Part shown: piece by piece, positions 20,823 through 31,453 of the stretch
Layout of the letters: each line of letters begins with the position of its first letter
How positions within the stretch are numbered: position 1 is the first letter of the stretch
DNA from: an uncultured Hyphomicrobiales bacterium
GTDB lineage: Bacteria; Bacteroidota; Ignavibacteria; Kapaibacteriales; UBA2268
Direction of reading: 5' to 3'
Assembly: GCA_964472015.1 (NCBI GenBank)
Contig: CAYYIP010000004.1
Span: 8,543-72,542, forward strand
Length of the DNA: 64,000 bases
Program-made: the position numbers and the translations under genes
The notes under the pieces: model-generated
Databases searched by the model: none
Told to the model about the DNA's origin: nothing
Seen by the model: the letters and a program-made list of their open reading frames with translations, nothing else

Positions 20823-22406
20823 ATGGAAAAGAAAAGATTTATAGACGTGATGGATACATCGTTCAGAGATGGGTTCCAATCTGTTTTTGGAGGTAGAGTT
20901 CTTTTAGAGGATTTTATCCCAGCACTTCAAGCCGCAGTTCATGTAGGCATTACTCATTTTGAATTTGGAGGTGGTGCAAGGTTTCAAGCACCATTATTTT
21001 ATTTAAATGAAAATCCATTTTATATGATGGATAAATTTCGTGAAATAGTTGGTCCAGATGCTGTTACTCAAACTCTTTCGAGGGGGATAAATACAGTTGC
21101 TCTTGATTCTTCGCCACGTGAAGTTATTGAACTTCATGCAAAAATGTTTAAGAAGCATGGAACAACTGTTATTCGTAATTTTGACGCTTTAAATGATGTT
21201 CAGAATTTGATATATAGTGGGCAAATGATACACAAACATGGATTAAAGCATGAAGTTGTAATTACTATGATGGATTTACCTCCTGGATGTACTGGAGCTC
21301 ATGATGTTGCTTTTTATGAAAAGACATTGCGTGGTATTTTAGATGCTGATATTCCCTACGATTCTGTTTGTTTTAAAGATGCTAGTGGAACTTCAAGTCC
21401 TCAAAAGGTTTATGAGACAATAAAGATGGCTCGTAAATTATTACCAGACGGAACACATATTCGTTTACATACTCATGAAACAGCAGGCGTTAGTGTTGCT
21501 TGTTATCTTGCTGCTCTTGAAGCAGGTGTTGATGGTATTGATTTAGCGGCAGCACCAGTATCAGGTGGTACAAGTCAACCTGATATTATTGTTATGCTTC
21601 ATGCTTTGAAAGGGAAACCATATGATCTAGGTATAGATATTGAAAAGGTTAGAGAGTATGAAGATGAATTTAAAAATGCTTTAAAAGATTATTTCTTCCC
21701 GCCGGAGGCAACTAGAGTTTCCCCTGAAATTCCATTCTCACCTATGCCGGGTGGTGCTTTAACGGCTAATACTCAAATGATGAGAGATTTTAAAGTTCTA
21801 GATAAATTCCCGCAAGCTATTAGAGAAATGAGAGAAGTGGTTGAAAGAGGTGGATTTGCTACTTCAGTAACTCCTGTTTCACAATTCTATTTCCAACAAG
21901 CTTTTAATAATACTATTAAAGGTAAATGGGATACTATAGCTGAAGGATATGGTAAAATGGTGCTTGGATATTTTGGTAAAACACCAGTGTCACCTGATCC
22001 AGAAATAGTAAAAATATGTTCTGAAAAGTTAGGATTACCAGTTACTACTGAAAATCCTGTTGATATCGCAGAACGTGATCCAAAGAAATGCATTAAATAT
22101 TGGAAAGATATACTTGAACAAGAAAATATTCCTACAACTGAAGAAAATTTATTTATAGCAGTATGTGGGCAAGAAAAGGGAGTTGTTTTCTTACAGGGGA
22201 AAGGAAAAGCTAATGTACGAAAAATATCAGATGAGCCCTTAAAAGAAACATCTGCACCAAAGTCAGAGGCTAAATCGGTAACACAAACTTTTGGTGCTCC
22301 GACATCTCTTTCTGATATGGGGAGTATAAATCTTGCTAAACCAGCAGTTTATAAAATGAATGTTGATAATCAGACATATTTTGTTGAAGTAGAGCAGATA
22401 GGTTAA
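20823..22406 (+). CDS. Oxaloacetate decarboxylase alpha / 5S-transcarboxylase-like carboxyltransferase subunit. No C-terminal biotinyl domain was seen.
   Basis: N-terminal MDTSFRDGFQS and the HTHETAGVSVA TIM-barrel carboxyltransferase signature. No AMKM biotin motif at the C-terminus. Confidence 0.7.
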   Translation: MEKKRFIDVMDTSFRDGFQSVFGGRVLLEDFIPALQAAVHVGITHFEFGGGARFQAPLFYLNENPFYMMDKFREIVGPDAVTQTLSRGINTVALDSSPREVIELHAKMFKKHGTTVIRNFDALNDVQNLIYSGQMIHKHGLKHEVVITMMDLPPGCTGAHDVAFYEKTLRGILDADIPYDSVCFKDASGTSSPQKVYETIKMARKLLPDGTHIRLHTHETAGVSVACYLAALEAGVDGIDLAAAPVSGGTSQPDIIVMLHALKGKPYDLGIDIEKVREYEDEFKNALKDYFFPPEATRVSPEIPFSPMPGGALTANTQMMRDFKVLDKFPQAIREMREVVERGGFATSVTPVSQFYFQQAFNNTIKGKWDTIAEGYGKMVLGYFGKTPVSPDPEIVKICSEKLGLPVTTENPVDIAERDPKKCIKYWKDILEQENIPTTEENLFIAVCGQEKGVVFLQGKGKANVRKISDEPLKETSAPKSEAKSVTQTFGAPTSLSDMGSINLAKPAVYKMNVDNQTYFVEVEQIG

Positions 22407-22807
22407 TTATTTGTAGCAAGATAATTGATTATAAAATCGTAGTACTTCGATAGGTTAAATTTATCTAATAGATTATTTAGCTTATCGAAGTATTTTAATA
22501 TAAGAGAAAAATGAAAAAATGAAAAAATAAAAAAATAATATAAATATAAATATAAATATAAATATATTGAAATCTATTATATATTTTTTTATTAAATAGT
22601 ATAATATTAACTGAATAAGTTAGATTTAGACTGTAATCCCTAAATAGTTTTTATATTAGAGAGACAGAGAGAATACAAGAATTGTGGCAAAAAATAATGG
22701 GTAATAATTCGAGTTATTTAAACGGGAAATCGCCTCAATCTAGATATGGCGCAAGACTTGTCCGTTGTATTCCAATATACTATTGATGTAAAATATATTC
22801 TTTTGAT

Positions 22808-22841
22808 AAAAAGGTGATATTAAAATTATATCACCTTTTTT
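22808..22841 (+). terminator. Intrinsic terminator/attenuator hairpin in the leader upstream of the NSS transporter gene
   Basis: AAAAAGGTGATATtaaaattATATCACCTTTTTT. Confidence 0.6.
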
Positions 22842-22958
22842 GATTTATTTAATTATTTTCACATTATATTTTGTTATAAGTTTGAAATATTATTAAGTTT
22901 GTATAATTAAGTTTGTATAATTAATTTTTATTTTTACAATTAAATATACATTAAACAT

Positions 22959-24308
22959 ATGAGTACTTTTGAAAAACGTGCTGGCTTTGCTAGTAAAATG
23001 GGAGCTCTTTTTGCTATTATAGGTTCTGCTGTTGGACTAGGAAATTTGTGGCGTTTCCCTTATATGGTAGGGCAGAATGGGGGAGCTGCTTTTATTTTTA
23101 TATATCTTATTTTTGCAATAGGATTATGTGTACCATTAATGGCAGCGGAAATACTAGTAGGAAGACGTGGGAGGTCTCATACTGCTGGTTCATTTAAAGC
23201 TATAGATAAGGAGGGGAAATTTTATTATGTTGGATATTTAGGAATTATAGCTAGCTTTGTTGTTTTATCTTTTTATAGTGTTGTTGGCGGGTGGGTTTTA
23301 AATTATTTATTTAAATCGATAACTTTTTCTTTTAGTGGATTAACTTCAAATGAGTTAACTAATCATTTTAATAATCTTGTTACCGCACCTATAAGACCAC
23401 TTATGTTACATTTATTATTTATGGCATTAACTGCGGGTGTTGTTATTTTAGGTGTTGAAAAAGGTATTGAAAAAACTTCTAAGTTTTTTATGCCTGTTTT
23501 ATTTATATTAATAATTATATTAGCTATAAGATCTTTAACACTTGAAAATGCTAGTAAAGGAGTTGAATTTTTATTTAAGTTAGATTTTTCAAAAGTAACA
23601 ATAGAAACACTATTTGAAGCATTAGGGCAAGCTTTTTTTTCTTTAAGTTTAGGACTAGGATGCATAATGACTTATGGGTCTTATATGCGAAAAGATGCAA
23701 ATATTGTTAAGTCTTCTTTTATTGTTTCTATTTCGGATATATTATTTGCATTAATAGCTGGGCTTGCAATTATTCCAGCTGTATTTTCTTTTAATCTAGA
23801 GCCTACTGCTGGGCCGGGTTTAGTTTTTATAGTATTACCAGAGATATTTTCCAAGTTAGTAGGTGGTGAGTTTTTTCAAATTATATTTTTCTTTGTTTTA
23901 TTTATTGCTGCAATAACTTCGTCTATTTCACTTTTAGAGGTTGTAGTTAGCTATGTAGTGGAAGAATATAAACTATCAAGACGAAAGGCAACATTAATAA
24001 CGTCCTTATCTATTTCTTTTGTTGGTTGTTTGTGTTCTTTATCTTGGGGGGTCCTTTCTGATTTTACAATTGCAGGAATGAATTTATTTAATTTTATGGA
24101 TTCTACTGCTTCTAATATTATGTTACCGTTAGGAAGTATAGGAATTGCTATTTTTGTTGGTTGGCGTATGAAGAAAAAAGACTTTTTGGATGAACTTTCT
24201 AATGGAGGCAAGATAAAAATATTATTTAGACCTTTTATAGAGGTTATTATAAAATTTATTGCACCGATTGCTATATCTTTAATATTATTAAGATATTTAT
24301 TGTGGTAA
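22959..24308 (+). CDS. Sodium-dependent transporter, neurotransmitter:sodium symporter (NSS/SNF) family
   Basis: GLGNLWRFPY motif near the N-terminus. Polytopic, ~450 aa. Confidence 0.8.
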   Translation: MSTFEKRAGFASKMGALFAIIGSAVGLGNLWRFPYMVGQNGGAAFIFIYLIFAIGLCVPLMAAEILVGRRGRSHTAGSFKAIDKEGKFYYVGYLGIIASFVVLSFYSVVGGWVLNYLFKSITFSFSGLTSNELTNHFNNLVTAPIRPLMLHLLFMALTAGVVILGVEKGIEKTSKFFMPVLFILIIILAIRSLTLENASKGVEFLFKLDFSKVTIETLFEALGQAFFSLSLGLGCIMTYGSYMRKDANIVKSSFIVSISDILFALIAGLAIIPAVFSFNLEPTAGPGLVFIVLPEIFSKLVGGEFFQIIFFFVLFIAAITSSISLLEVVVSYVVEEYKLSRRKATLITSLSISFVGCLCSLSWGVLSDFTIAGMNLFNFMDSTASNIMLPLGSIGIAIFVGWRMKKKDFLDELSNGGKIKILFRPFIEVIIKFIAPIAISLILLRYLLW

Positions 24309-24565
24309 AAGTATATTTAAAATACATAACTAATTCTTAATTATATTAATTTATTAGGATATAAGTTAATATAATTAAGAATAATGTTATAAAAAAAATA
24401 TTATTTTATATATTTTTTATTTAATTGTTATATCTAATATTATAAAATATTATATAAAATTAAAAAAACTTTGTAAAAGTATATTTTTTTTTGTAATTTT
24501 GTAATCTTTATAAAAGTATATAATTAAAAAATATAAAAAATAAAAGATTAAGAACGTAAAAATTA

Positions 24566-25027
24566 GTGGAGAAAGCATTGAAACCGTCAGCAAAAATTAC
24601 AAAATCTTTTAGGAAAGAAGATGTACAACACAATTGGTGGGTTGTTGATGCCGCAGGTCAAACTATAGGACGCCTTGCAACACAAGTTGCTATTTTATTA
24701 CGTGGGAAACATAAACCTATATTTACACCTCATGTTGATGTAGGAGATTATGTAATTGTAATAAATGCAGATAAAGCGGTTTTCCAAGGGAAACGTGCAA
24801 AACATAAAGAGTATGCACGCCATTCTATGTATCCGGGCGGTCGTAAAGTTCGTAAATATACAGAATTGAAAAATACTAAACCAGAATTTATTTTGGAACA
24901 TGCAATAAATGGAATGGTTCCAAAAACAAAATTAGGTGCTTCAATTCGTAAAAAATTAAAAGTTTATAGAGGTAGTGAGCATAATCATATGGCTCAAAAA
25001 CCTGTAGAATTTAAACTTGCAGAATAA
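24566..25027 (+). CDS. rplM: 50S ribosomal protein L13. The start is GTG, or TTG 12 nt later.
   Basis: WWVVDAAGQTIGRLATQVAILLRGKHKPIFTPHVDVGDYVIVINA. Confidence 0.9.
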   Translation: MEKALKPSAKITKSFRKEDVQHNWWVVDAAGQTIGRLATQVAILLRGKHKPIFTPHVDVGDYVIVINADKAVFQGKRAKHKEYARHSMYPGGRKVRKYTELKNTKPEFILEHAINGMVPKTKLGASIRKKLKVYRGSEHNHMAQKPVEFKLAE

Positions 25028-25077
25028 AAACTGTTTGGTTATTAAATTATGTTTTATAAAAAAATGGAGAAAGTTTA

Positions 25078-25467
25078 ATGAATGCATTTGCTGCAACAGG
25101 TAGAAGAAAATGTGCAGTAGCGCAAGTTAGACTTATTTCACCAGGTCAAGGTAAAATAACAATTAATAAACGTCCTGTTGAAGAATATTTCCCAGTTGAG
25201 GTATGGCGAGTAAATGCTATACATCCATTGGAATTATCTGAATTACGAGGTACTTTTGATGTTACGGTTAAAGTAACAGGTGGCGGTATTAGTGGACAGA
25301 CAGGAGCGGTTTCATTAGGGTTGGCACGTGCACTTTGTCAATATGACGAGTCTTTACGTGCAAAATTGCGTACTGAAGACCTACTTACAAGAGACCCAAG
25401 AATGGTTGAACGTAAGAAATATGGTAGAAAAAAGGCTCGCAAGCGTTTCCAATTCTCAAAACGTTAG
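25078..25467 (+). CDS. rpsI: 30S ribosomal protein S9
   Basis: C-terminus [25 protein letters not shown]. Confidence 0.9.
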   Translation: MNAFAATGRRKCAVAQVRLISPGQGKITINKRPVEEYFPVEVWRVNAIHPLELSELRGTFDVTVKVTGGGISGQTGAVSLGLARALCQYDESLRAKLRTEDLLTRDPRMVERKKYGRKKARKRFQFSKR

Positions 25468-25709
25468 TATGTATATATATAATATTATATATTAAAAAAT
25501 ACAATATATATTAATTAAAAAATAATATTTTTAAAATTATATTAAATATTATAACAATTTTGTATGATAATTATTTATTCATACTTTTTTGTTTTAATTT
25601 AAATGACATATTTCTGGATTGTTATATGTGTCGCACTATGTAAACATAAGTAAGGTGTGTATATAGCAAGTTGAAGGGAATAGATGTTTTTAACACTGGA
25701 GGATTTTTT

Positions 25710-26726
25710 ATGGCAGATAATTATGTAAGCGTTGAGCAATTAGTAGAAGCTGGCGCTCATTTTGGCCATCTTACACGCCGTTGGAATCCAAAAATGAATA
25801 AATATATTTTTGGTGAACGTAATGGTATTCATATAATAGATGTAAGAAAAACTCAAATATTAATAAACCACTGTCGTGGTATCATTCAAAATCTTGCTTC
25901 ACAAGGCAAAAATATTCTTTATGTAGGGACAAAAACACAAGCAAAAGATATTGTAGTTGAACAAGCAACACGTGCAGGTATAAATTATGTATCTGAACGA
26001 TGGCTTGGCGGTATGCTTACTAATTTTTCTACGATACGTAAGAGTATTCGTCGTTTAAGTAGCATTGATAAAATGGAAGCTGATGGTACTTTTGAAAAAA
26101 TTACTAAGAAAGAAAGACTTCTATTAACACGTGAAAAAGATAGATTAAGAAAAGTGTTTGGTGGCATAGAAAATATGCAAAAATTGCCTTCTGCTATATT
26201 TGTTGTTGATGCAAAAAAAGAACATTTAGCTGTAAAAGAAGCACGTATCTTAGGAATTTCTGTTTTTGGTATTATTGATACCAATACTGATCCTGATTCT
26301 GTTGATTTTCCAATACCTGCAAATGATGATTCGGTAAAAGCTATTGATATTATAATGGGCATTATGACAGATGCTATTATAGAAGGTAGTGAAATATATA
26401 GAGTTCATGCAGCAGAGTTGGCAGCTATGCAAAGTAGAAATGAAAAGGAAAATGAAGGTGAAAATGCTGTAGAAGTAAAACAAACTTCGCATCGTCGTAT
26501 GAGAGAAAGACGTGAACGTGATCGTAACCATGATAATCATAAACGAACTGATAAACATAGAGATAATCAGAGACAAGAAACTACAAAAGTAGAAGAAAAA
26601 AAACAGGAAGTTACACAGGAAGTTACACAGGAAGTTACACAGGAAGTTCCTCAGGAAATTACGCAGGAAGTTCCAAAAAAAGAAGAAAAAGTGGTTAACG
26701 ATGACTCTACTAACGTAACTGAATAA
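25710..26726 (+). CDS. rpsB: 30S ribosomal protein S2 with a ~90-aa charged, repeat-containing C-terminal extension. The ATG at 25710 follows a GGAGG-like RBS; the track's TTG at 25671 is probably too far upstream.
   Basis: MADNYVSVEQLVEAGAHFGHLTRRWNPKM core. The tail contains QEVTQEVTQEVTQEVPQEITQEVP. Confidence 0.85.
   Translation: MADNYVSVEQLVEAGAHFGHLTRRWNPKMNKYIFGERNGIHIIDVRKTQILINHCRGIIQNLASQGKNILYVGTKTQAKDIVVEQATRAGINYVSERWLGGMLTNFSTIRKSIRRLSSIDKMEADGTFEKITKKERLLLTREKDRLRKVFGGIENMQKLPSAIFVVDAKKEHLAVKEARILGISVFGIIDTNTDPDSVDFPIPANDDSVKAIDIIMGIMTDAIIEGSEIYRVHAAELAAMQSRNEKENEGENAVEVKQTSHRRMRERRERDRNHDNHKRTDKHRDNQRQETTKVEEKKQEVTQEVTQEVTQEVPQEITQEVPKKEEKVVNDDSTNVTE
26599..26660 (+). repeat. 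15-bp in-frame tandem repeat (caggaagttacacag, about 4 copies) inside the rpsB 3' extension
   Basis: Direct reading of the sequence. Confidence 0.8.
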
Positions 26727-26833
26727 TTATTTTTATAATATAAATAGAATAAGTTGTAAATATTTATTACAACTTATTTTTTGATTAATTAAAAACTGAT
26801 TTTTGAAATTATATATTAAAATAAATTTTTATT

Positions 26834-27697
26834 ATGACAATTACTCCTCAAATGGTTAAAACGCTCCGAGATAAAACAGGGGCAGGAATGGCTGATTGCA
26901 AAAAGGCTTTATCTGAAAATGATGGTAATATGGATGCTGCTATTGATTTCCTTAGAAAAAAGGGTGCTGCATCAGCTGCTAAACGTGCTGATAGAGAAGC
27001 AAAAGAAGGTGCTGTTATTGCTAAGACGAAAGGCCAAAAAGCTATTATTGTTGAAATCAATAGTGAAACAGATTTTGTTGCAAAAAATGTTCAATTTGTT
27101 GAATATGCAAATAATGTAGCGGAAGCTTTACTTAAAGCAGATGTTGAAAATAATAATACTGAAGAACTATTTAAAATAAAATACGAAAATAATACAATAG
27201 AACAATTACATAATGATGTTCTTGCTAAATTTAGTGAAAAAATTGAAATTAGTAGATTTAAAACAGTTAAATCTACTGGATATGTTGAAAGTTATATCCA
27301 CATTGGGAATAAATTAGCTGTTCTTGTTGAAGTATCTTGTGCTAATATATCTGAAGAAAGTAAAGTATTATTACGTGATATTGCTATGCAAATTGCAGCA
27401 ATGAACCCTACTTATATTGATAAAACAGAAGTAACAGCAGAAACTCTTGAAAAAGAAAAACAAATATATATTGAACAAGCTATTGCAGAGGGAAAGAAAC
27501 CTGAAATTGCAGAACGTATTGCTATTGGAAAGACTGAAAAATTTTACGAAGAATTTTGTTTAATGCAACAAATTTTTGTAAAAGATAGCAGTAAAAGAGT
27601 AGCTGATGTTGTTAAAGAAATAGCAACTGCAAGTAATTGTAATGATTTGCACATTGTAAGTTTTGTTCGTTTTGCTCTTGGTGGACAAGAGAAATAG
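26834..27697 (+). CDS. tsf: Elongation factor Ts
   Basis: N-terminal UBA-like ITPQMVKTLRDKTGAGMADCKKAL and the EF-Ts core. Confidence 0.85.
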   Translation: MTITPQMVKTLRDKTGAGMADCKKALSENDGNMDAAIDFLRKKGAASAAKRADREAKEGAVIAKTKGQKAIIVEINSETDFVAKNVQFVEYANNVAEALLKADVENNNTEELFKIKYENNTIEQLHNDVLAKFSEKIEISRFKTVKSTGYVESYIHIGNKLAVLVEVSCANISEESKVLLRDIAMQIAAMNPTYIDKTEVTAETLEKEKQIYIEQAIAEGKKPEIAERIAIGKTEKFYEEFCLMQQIFVKDSSKRVADVVKEIATASNCNDLHIVSFVRFALGGQEK

Positions 27698-27764
27698 TAT
27701 TAAATTATATTTTGTAAATATTTTACTTATATAATATAAAGTAATATATTAAAAATTAAAAATT

Positions 27765-27800
27765 AAAAACAGAGATATATAAAATATCTCTGTTTTTTTT
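27765..27800 (+). terminator. Intrinsic terminator after tsf
   Basis: CAGAGATATataaaATATCTCTGTTTTTTTT. Confidence 0.7.
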
Positions 27801-27891
27801 ATTATAACTATATAAAATAGATATTATTTAAAATATTAGAAGTTATAATTAAATAGAGGTTATGATTACTTAATAAAAATAATTATTTAAT

Positions 27892-27925
27892 AAAAAAGGA
27901 ACTAATGATTATTAGTTCCTTTTTT
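27892..27925 (-). terminator. Intrinsic terminator after rpsO. It is symmetrical, so it can act in both directions.
   Basis: AAAAAAGGAACTAATgattATTAGTTCCTTTTTT. Confidence 0.7.
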
Positions 27926-27958
27926 AGATTAAAATTTAAAACTATAAAATGTTATATA

Positions 27959-28225
27959 TTACTTACGTAATTCTAATGCAGCAATAATAGCACGATAACG
28001 TTCTATATCAGTTTTTATTAAATAATTTAATAATTTACGTCGTTTACCTACAAGCATAATTAAACCACGACGTGTATGATTGTCTTTCTTGCGAGTTTCT
28101 AAGTGCTTTGTTAAATTTGCTATTCTTGTTGTTAGTATAGCAATTTGGACTTCAGCTTTTCCGCTATCCTTAGGATTATCACCATATTTAGCAATAAGTT
28201 CGGCTGTTTTTTCTTTAGTTATCAT
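27959..28225 (-). CDS. rpsO: 30S ribosomal protein S15
   Basis: [15 protein letters not shown]...[29 protein letters not shown]. Confidence 0.9.
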   Translation of the reverse strand: MITKEKTAELIAKYGDNPKDSGKAEVQIAILTTRIANLTKHLETRKKDNHTRRGLIMLVGKRRKLLNYLIKTDIERYRAIIAALELRK

Positions 28226-28358
28226 TGTTTTTTATTATATATGTATATTAATTACAAAGTATTAGAATTACAAAGATAATATTTTTTTTTCAAAATAACA
28301 AATATATATATATAATTTTTTTTGATTTATAATCTTTTAATTTTTAAAAAATTTTAAA

Positions 28359-29315
28359 TTAATTAGAAGCATTAAAATATTCAATACATAATATTTTATC
28401 TTTATTTATTTGTTTAACAAGAGATTCTACATTTTCAAATTTCCGTTCTTCTCTAATATATTTTTTAAAAAATACTTCAGCAGTATAATGATAGACTTCA
28501 TTATAGAAATCAAATATATTAACTTCTAAATTTATATTTTTAGTATTATTCAAAGTTGGTCGTATTCCTATATTTGCCATTCCTTTTAATCTTATTTGTG
28601 TTTCTGTTTCTATATTTAGTATTTGAGGTTTTAATTCTATTTCACAAGCATAAACAGCATTTTTTGGTAATAATTTATTCTTATCTATTTGTATATTTAT
28701 TGTTGGGAACCCTATTTTTCGTCCAATTTGTTTTCCTTTTATTATTGTTCCTTTTATTGAATATGTACGACCTAACATTGTATTAGCATCTTCTATATTT
28801 CCATTTGCAATAAGTTTTCTTATTTTAGAACTCGAAATAACTGTATTATTATTTACAATAGGATTACAAGGTATTACTTCTATATCAGGTAAATGTAGTG
28901 ATTTTAATAATTCATAGGACCCTGTTCTATTTTTTCCGAAATAATTATTAAATCCAATATAAAGTTTATTAAATCCTATTTTTTTATATAAGTAATTATT
29001 TATAAAATCAATAGCCGATAAATTTGCAAATTCTTCATTAAATGGTATAACAAATGTTTCATCAATTCCTTTTTTTTCAAAAATGCTTAATTTTTCATCG
29101 TTAGTTGTTAATAATTTAAAATTAGCATTTTTATTAAAGAAAGAGCGTGGTAGTGGTTCAAAAGTAAGTACCATTGTTTTTAGGTGTTTTTGATTTTCAG
29201 TTAATAATTTTTGTAATATACTTATATGACCTAAATGTACGCCATCAAAACTACCGATTGTTAATGCTCGTTTAGAGGAAAAAGGTACTTCTATTATATT
29301 TTTATAAATCTTCAT
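28359..29315 (-). CDS. ribF: Bifunctional riboflavin kinase / FAD synthetase
   Basis: N-terminal ALTIGSFDGVHLGHISIL and the C-terminal riboflavin kinase domain. Confidence 0.85.
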   Translation of the reverse strand: MKIYKNIIEVPFSSKRALTIGSFDGVHLGHISILQKLLTENQKHLKTMVLTFEPLPRSFFNKNANFKLLTTNDEKLSIFEKKGIDETFVIPFNEEFANLSAIDFINNYLYKKIGFNKLYIGFNNYFGKNRTGSYELLKSLHLPDIEVIPCNPIVNNNTVISSSKIRKLIANGNIEDANTMLGRTYSIKGTIIKGKQIGRKIGFPTINIQIDKNKLLPKNAVYACEIELKPQILNIETETQIRLKGMANIGIRPTLNNTKNINLEVNIFDFYNEVYHYTAEVFFKKYIREERKFENVESLVKQINKDKILCIEYFNASN

Positions 29316-29320
29316 TTATT

Positions 29321-30736
29321 CTAATATCTATAATGGTCAGGTTTGTATGGACCGCCAATAGGAACTCCTATATAATCTGCTTGTTTTTGTGTTAAAGTTG
29401 TTAATTTTACTCCTATTCTTGATAAGTGAAGTCTTGCAACTTCTTCATCTAAATATTTAGGTAAGCGATATACACCTATTTCATATTTTTTTAAATATAA
29501 GTCTAATTGAGCTAAGATCTGATTAGTAAATGAATTACTCATTACAAAAGACGGATGACCAGTTGCACATCCTAAATTTACTAGACGACCTTCGGCTAAT
29601 ATAAATATAGAACTTCCATTAGGTAGATTATATTTATCTACTTGTGGTTTGATATTTGTTATAGTAACTCCTTTATGTTCTTTTAATTTTGAGACTTGTA
29701 TTTCGTTATCAAAATGTCCTATATTACAAACAATAGCTTGGTCTTGCATTTTTAACATATCTTCTAATTTTATAACATCACAATTCCCAGTTGTAGTTAC
29801 AAAAATATTTGCTTCTTTTAAAGCATCTTCTAATAATGTTACTTCGAACCCTTCCATAGCTGCTTGTAAAGCACATATAGGATCTATTTCTGTTATTAGA
29901 ACTCGTGCACCATAGCTTCGCATAGAATGAGCACAACCTTTCCCTACATCGCCATATCCAAGTACACAAACTACCTTACCTGCTATCATTACATCAGTAG
30001 CACGTTTTATTCCATCTGCTAAAGATTCACGACAACCATAAAGGTTATCAAATTTTGATTTTGTTACTGAATCATTTACATTTATAGCAGGGGTTAATAA
30101 TTCTCCACGTTCAAACATTTGATATAAACGGTGCACACCAGTTGTTGTTTCTTCAGAAACACCTTTCAGATCTTTTATTAATTTATGCCATTTTTGATTA
30201 TCAATATTTTGTACTGATTTTAATATATTTAATATAATTTTTTCCTCGTTATTAGCAGGTGTTGCATTTAATAATAACGGCGTATTTTCTGCATAATATC
30301 CTTTATGAACCATTAAAGTAGCATCGCCACCATCATCTACTATTAATTGTGGACCTAGATTATCAGGGAATGATAATGCTTGTAAAAGGCACCACCAATA
30401 TTCTTCTAATGTTTCACCTTTCCAAGCAAATACTGGGACCCCACGAGAAGCAATAGCTGCTGCCGCATGATCTTGCGTAGAAAAAATATTGCAACTTGCC
30501 CAACGTACATTAGCACCTAATTGTACTAAAGTTTCTATTAAAACAGCAGTTTGTATTGTCATATGAAGTGAACCTGTTATACGTACCCCATCTAAAGGTT
30601 TTTGCCCCTTATATTTTTGACGAATAGACATTAGACCGGGCATTTCTTTTTCTGCTATTTCTATTTCTTTAAAACCAAAATCTTTTAAAGATATATCTGC
30701 AACTTTATAAGGTAATTTTGTTATTAAATTTTCCAT
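29321..30736 (-). CDS. ahcY: Adenosylhomocysteinase
   Basis: 471 aa with the NAD-binding [10 protein letters not shown] motif and conserved AdoHcyase blocks. Confidence 0.9.
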   Translation of the reverse strand: MENLITKLPYKVADISLKDFGFKEIEIAEKEMPGLMSIRQKYKGQKPLDGVRITGSLHMTIQTAVLIETLVQLGANVRWASCNIFSTQDHAAAAIASRGVPVFAWKGETLEEYWWCLLQALSFPDNLGPQLIVDDGGDATLMVHKGYYAENTPLLLNATPANNEEKIILNILKSVQNIDNQKWHKLIKDLKGVSEETTTGVHRLYQMFERGELLTPAINVNDSVTKSKFDNLYGCRESLADGIKRATDVMIAGKVVCVLGYGDVGKGCAHSMRSYGARVLITEIDPICALQAAMEGFEVTLLEDALKEANIFVTTTGNCDVIKLEDMLKMQDQAIVCNIGHFDNEIQVSKLKEHKGVTITNIKPQVDKYNLPNGSSIFILAEGRLVNLGCATGHPSFVMSNSFTNQILAQLDLYLKKYEIGVYRLPKYLDEEVARLHLSRIGVKLTTLTQKQADYIGVPIGGPYKPDHYRY

Positions 30737-30923
30737 TTTTTTGCATTATGTTTTTTAGTATTATTTTTCTATTCTAAGATAGAATTTTTTAATAATTTTA
30801 AATATACATATTTATTTCATAAATATAATTAATATTATTTAAAATATTTTTTATAAAATATTTGTTCATAAATTATTTATAGATTTATACCATATATTTC
30901 TATTATTATAAAAATCAAGATAA

Positions 30924-31451
30924 TTAATTAAGTATATATTTTTCAAAAAAATATTTAAAAGATATATTTTTATTTATAGCAGTGTTAATATCATATTGTT
31001 TTACTAATTCTTCCAGAAAATCAATTCTTGAATGAAATCTACGCCCATAAAGGGTATTAAATACTTCTTTTGTTATTAACTCGGTTCGTTGATATTTTTC
31101 AATTTTCCATTCGTCTGCATTTTTATCTGTTAGTCCAGCAATAAACCAGCTTTCAATTTCTGCAATTACTATAATCATTTTATCATAACTAGCACTAGCA
31201 AATCTTGCTTGGAGTTTTTTCTTTTTATGAGCTATACTAGTTTCATCATCAATATCAGCAACAATTAAATAATCAAAATTTAACATAATAATACTTTCTA
31301 TAAATTTAATTGTTTTAATTTTTTTCATTTGAGCATATTGTAAAATTTCTACATCATCGTATTGTTTTTTTAATAAAGGTTCAATGATATTAGAAAAAAA
31401 TACATAATCATCATGTCCTTCAACAAATACATATATTTTACTTAGTGCCAT
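30924..31451 (-). CDS. Small Toprim-like (DUF4276-like) protein, the putative nuclease partner of the upstream ATPase
   Basis: 175 aa with the acidic motifs IYVFVEGHDDYVF, LIVADIDDE and AEIESWF. Its start is 2 bp after the ATPase stop. Confidence 0.45.
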   Translation of the reverse strand: MALSKIYVFVEGHDDYVFFSNIIEPLLKKQYDDVEILQYAQMKKIKTIKFIESIIMLNFDYLIVADIDDETSIAHKKKKLQARFASASYDKMIIVIAEIESWFIAGLTDKNADEWKIEKYQRTELITKEVFNTLYGRRFHSRIDFLEELVKQYDINTAINKNISFKYFFEKYILN

Positions 31452-31453
31452 TA

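Noticed and set aside
22537-22567. CRISPR array check (regular short repeats)
   Set aside because: The only regular short repeats are the hexamer microsatellite and coding tandem repeats. There are no 25-40-bp repeats separated by unique spacers and no cas genes.
22600-22800. tRNA/rRNA scan of GC-enriched patches (22660..22790, 39840..39960, 40330..40500)
   Set aside because: No cloverleaf-compatible arrangement and no T-loop GTTCGAATC-like box. No rRNA-like conserved blocks. The patches are better explained as structured leader or sRNA elements.
30777-30805. Hairpin TTCTATtctaagATAGAA followed by T6 in the spacer upstream of ahcY
   Set aside because: It is terminator-like only on the plus strand, where no gene ends. 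On the minus strand, downstream of the Toprim-like gene, it lacks a U-tract. The short 6-bp AT-rich stem is likely fortuitous.
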